A DNA stretch of 64,000 nucleotides. Origin: Candidatus Poribacteria bacterium. Lineage in GTDB: Bacteria > Poribacteria > WGA-4E > WGA-3G. The notes below the pieces were generated by a model that did no database searches, was not told the origin of the DNA, and saw only the letters and a list, made by a program, of their open reading frames with translations. This document shows, in pieces, positions 38,768 through 48,592 of this stretch. Where the stretch lies: contig JAJDZB010000029.1 in the NCBI GenBank assembly GCA_022824835.1, forward strand, positions 39,999 to 103,998. The letters run 5' to 3'. Positions within the stretch are counted from its first letter, which is position 1; every line of letters starts with the position of its first letter. A program made the translations under genes and the position numbers.

Positions 38768-39367
38768 ATGCTAAAATATCAGATCGCATTTCTTATCATG
38801 CTAATCGGTTGCGTCGCCATAGTGTCATGTAGTCGAATTCAGGATACGTTAATGCAAGTCCCGGATGATCCAGAACCGGATGCATACCGAACCTGGACAG
38901 ATATGATAACACTTGATGGACCATTGGTGGAATTTAAGGGAGAAGCTCATGATTTTGGATCCCGTACAATCTACTTTAACGAAGCCGCTGCTATGGCTAA
39001 TAACGAAGGAACAGACTATCCGGTCGGTTCCATGATAGTTAAAGAATCAATGGATATGACCAACTCATTTATCTCACAGATCTCAACGATGACTAAAACC
39101 GAGTCTGCAGAAAATGGCGGTTGGGCTTATGGCGTAACCGGTCCATTTGGTGATGCAGCTGTAGATCCGAAGGGAATAAATAATCTGACAGCAGAAATGG
39201 CTGCAGGCGCATGTGTGGGTTGTCATACAGTAGCAGCTGATACCGATTTTGTCTTCGTTAAACTCGCCATGGAAGATGATGGCATGACCGATGATGGCAT
39301 GACCGATGATGGTGATGGTGAAACTACCACCACTACCAACGGTAATGGAAACGGGAACGGTGCCTAA
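38768..39367 (+). CDS. c-type haem (CXXCH) lipoprotein, cytochrome P460-like, with an acidic repeat tail.
   Basis: It has a lipobox (LIGCVAIVSCS) and a single CVGCH motif near the C-terminus, as in cytochrome P460. The tail is MTDDGMTDDGMTDDGDGETTTTTNGNGNGNGA. Confidence 0.4.
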   Translation: MLKYQIAFLIMLIGCVAIVSCSRIQDTLMQVPDDPEPDAYRTWTDMITLDGPLVEFKGEAHDFGSRTIYFNEAAAMANNEGTDYPVGSMIVKESMDMTNSFISQISTMTKTESAENGGWAYGVTGPFGDAAVDPKGINNLTAEMAAGACVGCHTVAADTDFVFVKLAMEDDGMTDDGMTDDGDGETTTTTNGNGNGNGA

Positions 39368-39708
39368 TCCATCCTAATGACACTAACAATAAACGGATTG
39401 ACTCCCACATCTTGTGTCAGAGTCAATCCGTTTTGTTTCAATACAATACCCACCAAAGACGCATCTAAAGGATTAGAGTCATCGGCTTTGTCCCAATTAA
39501 AACTACGGAGTTTTCGGATGTCCAACACACTTCCATTGCCGGTTCAACTTCAATTGCTTACTATTTATGAGATATGCTGTAGTGACAACGGACTCAAAAT
39601 GAAAAATGGAATTAAAGTTTTTCTCACGGTAAGGTTTCTTCTTCTTTAGAATTACTGTTTATATTCAGGGCAAGGGTTCTGTGTCTCCCGCAGTATGTAA
39701 TCTATTGT

Positions 39709-40863
39709 TTATGTGCCTTCCACAAAATCAAGCACAACCTGTTGATGTTCTATGACAGGGCTTTCCCCTGAAACCGCAGCTGCACTGATTTCGAAGTAAG
39801 GACTTTTCAAAGATTTTTGTTGTTGTTCACAAGCATAGACATCTTCTTTCATAAAGTCGCCTGTTGCCATCGGATCGGTTTTGGGGTCCCCTTTATACTT
39901 CCCTGAGACATGTTTGCTCCAAAAACCGCTTGACCGCCAAGCTTGTGCTTCAAACTTCCATCTTGATACATTCTTGACCTTTGTCCGCAGTTCTACCTGT
40001 GTCAAGTCCGGTGCAAGGGGTGTAATATGGTAGATACTCCAACTGGACTCATCTTCAGCGAGTCCCAATCCTGGGAATAACATCGGCACCCAGACACCGA
40101 GACGGTCTCTCGGTATTTCATCAAGTAATGGCATTGATGCGTTTTTCTCTATCTCCTTTCCATACCACTCTGCAAGCGGTTCCCAAAATACATAATGGGG
40201 TCCCACGAAACTGTACTCGGCATGGCTATGCTTATACATGTGCAGCGTGCCTGAGTGAAGATGTGAGAGATGGTATACATCAATATAGTTTTCTACAACG
40301 ATCTTCCAATTCGCTTTGATCTCAAGCATTGTTCTTGCATCAGGATATTCTATGAGGTTATCTACCTGATGGGGGCCAAGGTGCGGCTCTATATCACCGA
40401 ACCATTCTGTTATTGAACACGTGTCCGGATCAGGGTGCACCCATAGCATGCCACGCCATCTATCTACGGCGGCAGGTTTTAGACCGAGACACGATTTATC
40501 TAAATCAGGAAACTCTGTTGCTGCTTCTGGCACGGCAATTAGGTTGCCCTCTAAATCATACGTCCAATCGTGATACGGGCAAGTAATCGCTTGCTTCCTT
40601 TTACCCACGGCACGCAGCAGCTGTGTGCCACGATGACGGCAGATATTATGAAACGCACGCAGCTGCCGGTCACCACCCATCACAATAAAGATATTGTTCA
40701 ATCCTGCCTGCACAGCAATATAGTCTCCCGGTTCGCTTACATCTTCAGCGAAACCGGCATACCGCCAAATCTTTGAGAAAATCTGTTCCTGCTCTCGGTC
40801 AAACCATTCTTGTGAAGTATACGCTGTGACGGGTAACACATGCATCATTTGTGTTGCGGACAT
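39709..40863 (-). CDS. Rieske [2Fe-2S] non-haem iron oxygenase, alpha-subunit type.
   Basis: The Rieske motifs are 'CRHRG' and 'CPYHDW'. The catalytic domain carries His/Asp ligands (YHLSHLHSG...). Confidence 0.75.
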   Translation of the reverse strand: MSATQMMHVLPVTAYTSQEWFDREQEQIFSKIWRYAGFAEDVSEPGDYIAVQAGLNNIFIVMGGDRQLRAFHNICRHRGTQLLRAVGKRKQAITCPYHDWTYDLEGNLIAVPEAATEFPDLDKSCLGLKPAAVDRWRGMLWVHPDPDTCSITEWFGDIEPHLGPHQVDNLIEYPDARTMLEIKANWKIVVENYIDVYHLSHLHSGTLHMYKHSHAEYSFVGPHYVFWEPLAEWYGKEIEKNASMPLLDEIPRDRLGVWVPMLFPGLGLAEDESSWSIYHITPLAPDLTQVELRTKVKNVSRWKFEAQAWRSSGFWSKHVSGKYKGDPKTDPMATGDFMKEDVYACEQQQKSLKSPYFEISAAAVSGESPVIEHQQVVLDFVEGT

Positions 40864-40898
40864 CCTCTCCCTCCATTTCGCTATTCAATCAAATACGG

Positions 40899-41246
40899 TC
40901 AATTCCACTGGAGCCACGGAATAAAACTGGATAAAATCACATACACAGACATCCATACCCACGTCCCTACGATAATCCAATATAAGACCTTATGCTCAGA
41001 ACGATCTACCGGTTCAATGATATAGACACTTCCAGACAAAATACTCGGGACAACCCACACTAAAAAGAAGATACCCCACACCCAGTTCCACTCTGGAACA
41101 AAAGTTATGGCATAAACGACGATAAGTAGAAGCACTGTGCGGATTTTATAACGGGAGATTAAACTTTCTTTACGCCCGTTCATATTGACAATACCTCTCT
41201 CTTGTAATACAGGGTTTGGCGGCTCCCCGCAGGACAGAAATGTCAT
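40899..41246 (-). CDS. Small hypothetical membrane protein.
   Basis: It is 115 aa with three hydrophobic helices. Confidence 0.3.
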   Translation of the reverse strand: MTFLSCGEPPNPVLQERGIVNMNGRKESLISRYKIRTVLLLIVVYAITFVPEWNWVWGIFFLVWVVPSILSGSVYIIEPVDRSEHKVLYWIIVGTWVWMSVYVILSSFIPWLQWN

Positions 41247-41296
41247 TCAAGAAGAGTAACCTAATGCTTAGTCAAGTGATAATTGATGGTTTGGAA

Positions 41297-41441
41297 GAGT
41301 CGGGAATCGGCCAGTTTTATATATAGTTTCCCTCCCACCATAAGCAGCCCAACGGTAGGAGTTTAAAAGGGTCGGGAATCGGAGTTCCCTCCTACCATTA
41401 GCAGCCTATCGGTAGGAACGATCTCCGAATCGCGACATTTA
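41297..41441. repeat. Two tandem REP-like nested hairpin units.
   Basis: gtcgggaatcgg...ccctcc(c/t)acc-N13-cggtaggag/aacg...ccgaatcgcgac. Each unit has cctacc/ggtagg arms. Confidence 0.45.
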
Positions 41442-41660
41442 CCCGAACGGTTAGAATGGACTATCTACTAATTTTTCTGTCATTACCATGTGGAAATGAA
41501 ATAGAGAACGGCACAATCTAACAGAATGTGCTACAATAACTGCAATAAAGGGGTATTATCAATTAGAAATGGCAAAAAGTAGAAATGGTATAAGGCACTA
41601 CCTATCATCAAGAAACCGTATATCCAATACCCGACTTGTGTGCATTCCCATAACTAAAGA

Positions 41661-42587
41661 CTACTCATCACCCCATGCACGACCACGTTTGATCCATAGG
41701 TTTTGTCCAACACTCAATCTTGTGCGATCAAATATATAATCATCCTGGTTAGCCTCAACCAAACGCTTCCATAGTTCCTCATTATCAAAGATTTCTGGAC
41801 GTGAAGCGATACGTTTTAGGGCAATCTCACCGTTACCATCTTCAATATCCTCCGCACGCACACGGTAACTTTTAAGTTTCTCTGGACTGGTGATACTAAA
41901 GGAGAAACTGTACGCGTTCTCAAGTGCATTCTTTGCCATATCAGTCGCACCAGAAACAGTAACAGTATACATCCGACCACAACGCATCGGCTGCTCCGAA
42001 GTGAAAGTAACAGTTTCTCCACTACCACTCACTGCACCAGAAAGCGTAGGTTGTGCGGGTTCACTCAATGAATCTTCGGTTTTAGCAACAGAAACGTCAA
42101 TGGAAACTGTATCTACATCAACCGTTTCACTGAAACTCACTGAGAGAGTATCTAATACATTTAGTGAATCTTCGTATTCAGAAAAAACCGTACCATCCTC
42201 TGGATCCGTACTGACTACTGTGGGTGGCGTAGCATCTGTATAGGTAAATTGCTCTGAAAGTGTGACAGGAACATCAGGTTTGCCTTTATTGGTTATGATA
42301 ACATCAACTGATTCACCTGCGGTACCTTCGGGTGTTAAAACAGTCAACTCCGTTGCTTCTGTAACCGTAACGTTTTCGCCATCCTTCCCACCGAAAGTTA
42401 CAGTAACACCGTTTTTCACATCAAATTTTTCACCTATAATAGTAACCGTAGTACCCCCTGTCTCTGGACCATCAGTGGGTGACATGCCGCTGGGTACTGG
42501 TTCCGGATTACAACCACCGCATCCCATGATCCATACACAGACCGCTGCAAAAATTGCATGAAAAACAATTCTGCTCTGTTTATTCAT
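41661..42587 (-). CDS. Lipoprotein with IPT/TIG and Ig-like (SbsA-type) domains and a C-terminal LysM-like domain.
   Basis: It has a lipobox (MGCGGC). 'TGGTTVTIIGEKFDVKNGVTVTFGGKDGENVTVTEATELTVLTPEG' is IPT/TIG. The C-terminus 'YRVRAEDIEDGNGEIALKRIA...LSVGQNLWI' is LysM-like. Confidence 0.4.
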   Translation of the reverse strand: MNKQSRIVFHAIFAAVCVWIMGCGGCNPEPVPSGMSPTDGPETGGTTVTIIGEKFDVKNGVTVTFGGKDGENVTVTEATELTVLTPEGTAGESVDVIITNKGKPDVPVTLSEQFTYTDATPPTVVSTDPEDGTVFSEYEDSLNVLDTLSVSFSETVDVDTVSIDVSVAKTEDSLSEPAQPTLSGAVSGSGETVTFTSEQPMRCGRMYTVTVSGATDMAKNALENAYSFSFSITSPEKLKSYRVRAEDIEDGNGEIALKRIASRPEIFDNEELWKRLVEANQDDYIFDRTRLSVGQNLWIKRGRAWGDE

Positions 42588-42878
42588 TTATCCCTTCTCC
42601 TTTTGTCAGGAACATAGTATGTTCAAACTAAACAAATCGTGTTTACTCACAATATCATTTATTACCAAGTTTTATAGTGAAGTTTAAAAATAATTACACA
42701 CTTTCGGACCACGGTAGGTGCGGTTTCCCAACCGCACTGGTACAGACTGTATAATTAATTCAAAAATTTACTATAAAGATGTATGCTTGCATTTATTTCA
42801 TGAATCCTGATTTTTTAAAATTATACCTGCAAAGCATCGTCATTGTCAACTATTTTATCAACTCCATCAAGTTGTTCG

Positions 42879-43730
42879 TTAGGTTGTACGCCAGGTTGTA
42901 CGTTTTAGGGGGTCGTAGACATCAACGCATAACTCCGGACCGAACCCCTCAATGGCTAAGCGCACCGTATCCCCATCACCGACTGCTGTCAGTGCCTCAT
43001 GGTGTGTACCGGTAGAAACAACATCCCCCGGCTGAAGCGTGAGTACGTTCGTCACCTCAGCAAGTAACTCAGGGACAAATCGTGCCATTGAGTTCGTAGA
43101 GAAATCATGTTGAAGTCTATCATTTATCCAAAGATGGACATCAAGCGCGTTCGGATCTGCAACCTCATCTGCTGTCACGAGAACGGGTCCCATCGGCGCA
43201 AATGTGTGCCAGCTCTTCCCTAAAAAGAATCCTCCTGGCAATCCCCGCGCAGAGACATCAATAAATTGTGTGTAACCAAATACACAATCAAGCGCGTTGT
43301 CTTCAGTCAGATGTTTTGCCGTCTTCCCTATTACAATTGCTAATTCAGGTTCAAAGTGAAATACAGTAACATCTGCTTCGGGGAGTCGCACTGTTTCTTT
43401 CGTTGAGATAACACTGGTTGGGGATTTTAGAAAGGCGTTAAACTCACCACGAGAAGGACTATCAGGTTCAATATAATTACCTGCAAGACAAACAAGTTGC
43501 CCAGGTTGTGGTAATGGTGCTTTAAAACGGATACGCTCTAAAGGTTTTGGCGAACCGTTCCTTACTGCATCCGCAATCTTCGGGAGAAGACTGTGATAGT
43601 CTATAATCACAGTCTGAATCAGCTCTTGCGGTGAATGATATGAGATTTCTGATAAAGCCTCGCTAATGTCAACAATTCCATTATCTGTTATCACACCGAG
43701 TTTGTAATCATCAAAGAACGCAAATTTCAT
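42879..43730 (-). CDS. Fumarylacetoacetate hydrolase (FAH) family protein.
   Basis: 'MKFAFFDDYKLGVI...' and 'ICLAGNYIEPD...' are typical of FAH-family hydratases/isomerases. Confidence 0.65.
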   Translation of the reverse strand: MKFAFFDDYKLGVITDNGIVDISEALSEISYHSPQELIQTVIIDYHSLLPKIADAVRNGSPKPLERIRFKAPLPQPGQLVCLAGNYIEPDSPSRGEFNAFLKSPTSVISTKETVRLPEADVTVFHFEPELAIVIGKTAKHLTEDNALDCVFGYTQFIDVSARGLPGGFFLGKSWHTFAPMGPVLVTADEVADPNALDVHLWINDRLQHDFSTNSMARFVPELLAEVTNVLTLQPGDVVSTGTHHEALTAVGDGDTVRLAIEGFGPELCVDVYDPLKRTTWRTT

Positions 43731-43777
43731 TAAGTTGTTTACTCCTGTTTTGAATCGTTAAGAATTGAATGGATAGC

Positions 43778-44782
43778 TTACCTTTTCATTTCCAACAATT
43801 GCTGCCACTGTTTTTCGTCCACAAGCACACCCTTTTCAAGACTCTCCTGACGGATCTGCAACATACCCTCACCTGGATATCGGACCTTATTGTTTTCATC
43901 TAAAGGAGTCGCAGTGCGAAAGTCATTAATTATTGCTTCTACAGTCTCGTTCAAAATCCCAGCTCCCATCATACCAGAAGCATCAATGGCGATGTAGACC
44001 TGTGAAACAGCATATTCAGATTTCTGTTCTGCTATCTGATGTGTGGCTTGACCCCCTGAAATTACAGCAGCAAGCGTATCAAGCACTAATGCTAAACCTG
44101 AACCTTTCCAATAACCGATAGGGAGTGCTCTTCTCGATTTAAGTATTTCTGCTGGGTCAACTGTAAGATTTCCAGATGTATCATAACCACCGGGGAGTGG
44201 TAACGTCTTATCCTGTATCTTTAGCACTTCTAATTTACCGTTTGAATACTGGCTCATCGCCATATCAAGCAGTATGTGTCCCTCCTTACGGGGAATAGCA
44301 ATTGCCATAGGGTTATTACCGATGCCTTTCTCTGCAGAACCCCAAGGTGGCATTAGTTTCGTAGTGTTTGTCCAACAGATACCGATAAACCCCGCTTCCG
44401 CAGCTTGAAGTGCATAAGCACCGCCACGCATCCAGTGATTTGTATTAGACAATCCGATACAACCTATGCTGTGTTTTTCTGCCAACGCCATAGTCCGGTC
44501 CATACAGAAATGTGCATTGACAAGTCCAACCCCCATCTTACCATCCCATCGTTCCAATGCACCGAAACTCTCAATTTTCACAGGCGTCGCACGGTAATCT
44601 ACCTGTTTGCTATGCAGTCCTGACACGAATCCTGGAAAACGATTCAGACCGTGTGAATAAACACCATCGCGTTGATTCTCTGCAAATAAAGTGGCACATA
44701 ATCTTGCATTCTCACCGGTATAACCTACAGATGTGAGTACACGATAGAACGTATCACATAATGTTTGGAATGGAACACGCAT
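43778..44782 (-). CDS. Ldh_2-family (malate/L-lactate/sulfolactate-type) dehydrogenase.
   Basis: 'GHILLDMAMSQYSNGKLEV' and 'HKGSGLALVLDTLA' fit the Ldh_2 family. The start is taken at M14 of the ORF. Confidence 0.6.
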   Translation of the reverse strand: MRVPFQTLCDTFYRVLTSVGYTGENARLCATLFAENQRDGVYSHGLNRFPGFVSGLHSKQVDYRATPVKIESFGALERWDGKMGVGLVNAHFCMDRTMALAEKHSIGCIGLSNTNHWMRGGAYALQAAEAGFIGICWTNTTKLMPPWGSAEKGIGNNPMAIAIPRKEGHILLDMAMSQYSNGKLEVLKIQDKTLPLPGGYDTSGNLTVDPAEILKSRRALPIGYWKGSGLALVLDTLAAVISGGQATHQIAEQKSEYAVSQVYIAIDASGMMGAGILNETVEAIINDFRTATPLDENNKVRYPGEGMLQIRQESLEKGVLVDEKQWQQLLEMKR

Positions 44783-44830
44783 TAGGCAATTCTCTTTCTC
44801 TATTGTGAAAACTGAGTGCAAAAAGACTCT

Positions 44831-45688
44831 CTACCACATTTTTAGCCACTGTTCAAGTGTTGTCACAGGTTCAGTTTGACTACGAATAACCCACTTGAAG
44901 TCAGGGTCTTTCCAATAGATCGAACCTGGATGGTCACCATCACGTAGATATCGAATGTCAATTGCCCACCGGATAATCTCACTTGTCGTGTGTTGTAATG
45001 AGCGATGCAATGTTAAGTTATTGAACACCAACGCATCCCCAATATCCATCTGACACGTTACAATCTTTTCCTCATCTACAAGACTATCCATTACTTCAAG
45101 AAACTTGCCTTCACGATTTTCTGTATGGTGATTAACCACACCTAACTTATGTGAACCTGCAACAACCTGAAGACAACCGTTCGTCTCATCCACAGGGACG
45201 AGAGGAATCCAAGCTGTAGGGATAAGCGATTGTTCACTAACAGTACCGAAATAACCGCTATCTTGGTGCCATGGAACCACAGTTAATTGTTGTCCTGGAA
45301 GTTTCGGACGCGCATTGAAAACTGGATGTCCTATCACATCTGTTCCTGTCAGTTGAGCGATAGCATCAACAAGCGGACCTGCGTAGTGTAGATCGAATAT
45401 CTCAGAGGTAGCAATCTGACCACGCCACGAACGACCAAAACGATTTGCGTGTTCACCTGCAACCTTCCAATATCTTGTTTCAAATGGAAGTTCCGCACCT
45501 TCCTCCTCAACAATATCCTGCTCTTTCAGCTGTTGTATGATACCATCAACGACGTGGTTAAATCTATCACGGACACCATTGATTTCCGCCATGGGAACAA
45601 CGTCTTTTAATAGGAGATATCCATCATTTTCCCATTGTGCCATCTGTACAGAAGATAGCGGTAGGGATTGTTTTGCATCTGTTTCCAT
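44831..45688 (-). CDS. Phytanoyl-CoA dioxygenase (PhyH) family Fe(II)/2-oxoglutarate oxygenase.
   Basis: 'VPWHQDSGYF' (HxD) and the later His in 'VAGSHKLG' form the facial triad. Confidence 0.6.
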   Translation of the reverse strand: METDAKQSLPLSSVQMAQWENDGYLLLKDVVPMAEINGVRDRFNHVVDGIIQQLKEQDIVEEEGAELPFETRYWKVAGEHANRFGRSWRGQIATSEIFDLHYAGPLVDAIAQLTGTDVIGHPVFNARPKLPGQQLTVVPWHQDSGYFGTVSEQSLIPTAWIPLVPVDETNGCLQVVAGSHKLGVVNHHTENREGKFLEVMDSLVDEEKIVTCQMDIGDALVFNNLTLHRSLQHTTSEIIRWAIDIRYLRDGDHPGSIYWKDPDFKWVIRSQTEPVTTLEQWLKMW

Positions 45689-45842
45689 TTTTTCTCCTTC
45701 GTCTCAACCATTCTTATTTTGACTCTTATACCATTTCTAATTATAGCACTTTTTCGGATAAATGACTACTCTTTTGATAGCGATATAGCAATTGACTTTT
45801 TTATTTGAAAATGATACATTACCAAAACGAGGAGGACACAAC

Positions 45843-47222
45843 ATGGCAACACTATCACAAACTGAAAATCAGATTAGACCCCTGTACATAGATGGATACA
45901 CAGATCAACTCAGTTATGCACCTAAAGAAGAAATCGCCTTTAACGTGTCAACGAGTGCTGGACAATATGCACTGGAGATTGCACGAATCGGGGTAACGCG
46001 TGAGGTTGTATTCAATGAATCAGGAATTCCCGGACAGGCACAACCAATTCCTATCAATGCTTCATCTCATGGGTGCGGATGGAATCCTACTTTTAAACTT
46101 GAAGTGCCAGAAGATTGGAAAAGCGGCTATTATGAAGCCATACTCCGCGCATCAGATGGCGGTGGTGATACCATCTATAGAAATCATCGCACCGCAGAAA
46201 GTTCACTCTTCTTTATTGTGCGCGCAGCAGATCCTGGCGTAAATACACCTATTTTACTCCAACTTTCTACAAACACTTACAATGCCTATAACAATTGGGG
46301 TGGTTTCAGTCTTTACGGATACCACGGACAAAACACGCTACAGGGTAACCGCGTCTCATTTAACCGACCAACCGAAGGGATTTTCAGAAACTGGGAATTA
46401 CCCTTTATTGTCTGGGCAGAACAGAACGGATACATATTGGATTATGCTGCCAATAGTGACCTGGAGTTTCATCCTGACATATTGGAACACTATAAGTTGG
46501 TATTGAGTGTTGGTCATGACGAATACTGGTCAGCACCGATGCGTGATAATCTTGAGACTTATATTGCAAATGGTGGTAACGCAGCCTTCTTCAGCGGGAA
46601 TTCAGTCTGTTGGCAGGTGCGGTCAGAAGATGAAGGACGCGCATTAGTCTGTTGGAAACAGAGTTTCAACTTAGACCCAATCTACAAGACCGATGACTAC
46701 AGCACGTTGAGCACGCTGTGGAGTCATCATCTGGTAAATCGTCCCGAAAATCAACTCACAGGTGTCGGATTCCTTCAAGGAGGATATCACCTGAGTCACG
46801 GACAATTTATGGACGGTGACGGAGCTTATACTGCACACCGTCCAGAACACTGGGTGTTTGAAGGTACAGACTTGAAACAAAACCAAAAATTTGGTGGACA
46901 GAATACCATTGTAGGGTACGAGTGTGATGGCTGTGAATTTACAATTGAAGATGGGTTACCTGTACCCACCTATAAAGACGGTACACCTGAAGGGTTTACA
47001 ATTCTCGCAACTGCACCTGTCCGATGGCATCCAGATGATTGTGAATGGTATGAACGATGGGAACAAGGACATACAGGTGCAGCAACGATGGGTATCTACA
47101 CAAAAGGTGGCACTGTCTTTACCGCAGCTACAACTGACTGGTCACACGGATTAGCAGGGAGTGACACTGTTGTTGAAAGGATTACACACAATGTATTGAA
47201 AAAACTTGCAGGTTTGCAGTAG
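45843..47222 (+). CDS. N,N-dimethylformamidase large-subunit-like (DmfA2-like) protein.
   Basis: 'STNTYNAYNNWGGFSLYGYHG' and 'ANGGNAAFFSGNSVCWQVR' resemble the DmfA2 family. AGGAGG lies 7 nt upstream of the ATG at 45843. Confidence 0.4.
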   Translation: MATLSQTENQIRPLYIDGYTDQLSYAPKEEIAFNVSTSAGQYALEIARIGVTREVVFNESGIPGQAQPIPINASSHGCGWNPTFKLEVPEDWKSGYYEAILRASDGGGDTIYRNHRTAESSLFFIVRAADPGVNTPILLQLSTNTYNAYNNWGGFSLYGYHGQNTLQGNRVSFNRPTEGIFRNWELPFIVWAEQNGYILDYAANSDLEFHPDILEHYKLVLSVGHDEYWSAPMRDNLETYIANGGNAAFFSGNSVCWQVRSEDEGRALVCWKQSFNLDPIYKTDDYSTLSTLWSHHLVNRPENQLTGVGFLQGGYHLSHGQFMDGDGAYTAHRPEHWVFEGTDLKQNQKFGGQNTIVGYECDGCEFTIEDGLPVPTYKDGTPEGFTILATAPVRWHPDDCEWYERWEQGHTGAATMGIYTKGGTVFTAATTDWSHGLAGSDTVVERITHNVLKKLAGLQ

Positions 47223-47238
47223 AATAATATACGCAGTA

Positions 47239-48288
47239 TTAGCTTACGGAACGTAGCGATGATCTACGAATACTGTCTAATTCTTCTGCACTGAATACAC
47301 CCGATAGATAAAGATTGCGATACTCATCTGATACAGTCTGATCGAAAATCATCAGATCATCAGTGTTGATTGTCACAGGAACACCGTTGTCAAACAGGAC
47401 GCGAATTGGATGGAAATCAATATCTTGCACTGCACGCAACATCACATTACTGGTAGGACAAACATTCAACTGTATATTGTTTTCAGAAAGCCATTTCATG
47501 ACTTCTTCTGATTCTATAGCGGCAATACCGTGCTGAACCTCGTCTAAACCGAGTATTTCAACCGTTCTTCTAATCTCTTCAGCACCACCGAATTCACCGA
47601 CATGTGCTTTCAACTTCATACCACGTTTACCCGCTTCTCTATACAGGGGTTCCACTGCTTCGGGGGGACATGCATCCTGATGACTATATAGGTCAATAGA
47701 ATGAAATACCCCAGACTCAATCGCCTTATGCGTTAATCTCACTAAGTTTGTATCATCAGCACATTTTCGAGAAAAGCCCAATTCTGGACGCAATTCAACC
47801 TGTTGACGATACTTTTCAACTAAATTCTGAACGTAGTCATAGAACTGCTGTAGTCCATCGGAATAAAATTCTGCGATACGAATATCAAAACTTATTTCAA
47901 GCAAAACAACCCCATCCTGTATCGCATCTTTTACTGCTGAATCTCCAATAAACTCAAACCCTTTCATATTTCTGATATGAGGAATTAATGCAGTGCCTAC
48001 ATAACTGAGCATACCTTCAAGACCATCCATTTTAGACGGAGGTTTAACCAGAGATTGTCCAAGCCAACGTTCCACACTCTGTCTGCGTGTACTAAACATC
48101 ACATGACTATGAACATCTGTTTTAGGAAATGACTTGATACTCTTAATGTCAGCATTTTCGAGTGCTTGAACGAAATCCTTATGCATAGTGTGACCTTTCT
48201 TATCCATTAACCCAAATTGCCCAGGGATATTGTGAGTAATTTTTGGTTGTGTACCATAGGCGTCAATATTAACGATTCCCGAAACCAT
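47239..48288 (-). CDS. Adenosine/AMP deaminase-family metallohydrolase.
   Basis: 'FPKTDVHSHVMFS' (HxH metal site) and 'VPVTINTDDLMIFDQTVSDEY' (the TDDP-type motif). The start is uncertain; it could be the ATG at 48288 or 48207, because the ORF's extended N-terminus is encoded by the tandem repeat. Confidence 0.5.
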   Translation of the reverse strand: MVSGIVNIDAYGTQPKITHNIPGQFGLMDKKGHTMHKDFVQALENADIKSIKSFPKTDVHSHVMFSTRRQSVERWLGQSLVKPPSKMDGLEGMLSYVGTALIPHIRNMKGFEFIGDSAVKDAIQDGVVLLEISFDIRIAEFYSDGLQQFYDYVQNLVEKYRQQVELRPELGFSRKCADDTNLVRLTHKAIESGVFHSIDLYSHQDACPPEAVEPLYREAGKRGMKLKAHVGEFGGAEEIRRTVEILGLDEVQHGIAAIESEEVMKWLSENNIQLNVCPTSNVMLRAVQDIDFHPIRVLFDNGVPVTINTDDLMIFDQTVSDEYRNLYLSGVFSAEELDSIRRSSLRSVS

Positions 48289-48292
48289 TGCT

Positions 48293-48385
48293 GTAGCACA
48301 TTCATCCTTGATTGTGCCTCTTTGTAGCACATTCATCCTTGATTGTGCCTCTTTCTACAACATTCATCCTTCATTACACTTCTCC
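48293..48385. repeat. Tandem 31-bp repeat of three copies (the third degenerate), related to the repeat at 18.3 kb.
   Basis: gtagcacattcatccttgattgtgcctcttt at 48293-48323 and 48324-48354, then ctacaacattcatccttcattacacttctcc. The reverse complement carries AAGGATGAATGTGCTAC. Confidence 0.6.
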
Positions 48386-48592
48386 GTACTAAATTCACGC
48401 TTAAGGTACGATATCCCCATCGCACTGGGATGATTTTTCTTGCATGAAATTAACTTCTATTGTATGATACACACGTTATTAGTGATGAAGTGTTTCTTTA
48501 AGTATAACATCGTTTGATATTTTACGATACAGAAATCACATCTCCACTCTCCATCTACGGTGATGGAGCCAAAATCAGAAAAGGAGGAAAAG

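Noticed and set aside
39377-39649. A 90-aa ORF downstream of the P460-like gene.
   Set aside because: It has no RBS and no recognisable domain, and it sits in the 3' region before a convergent gene. It is likely non-coding.
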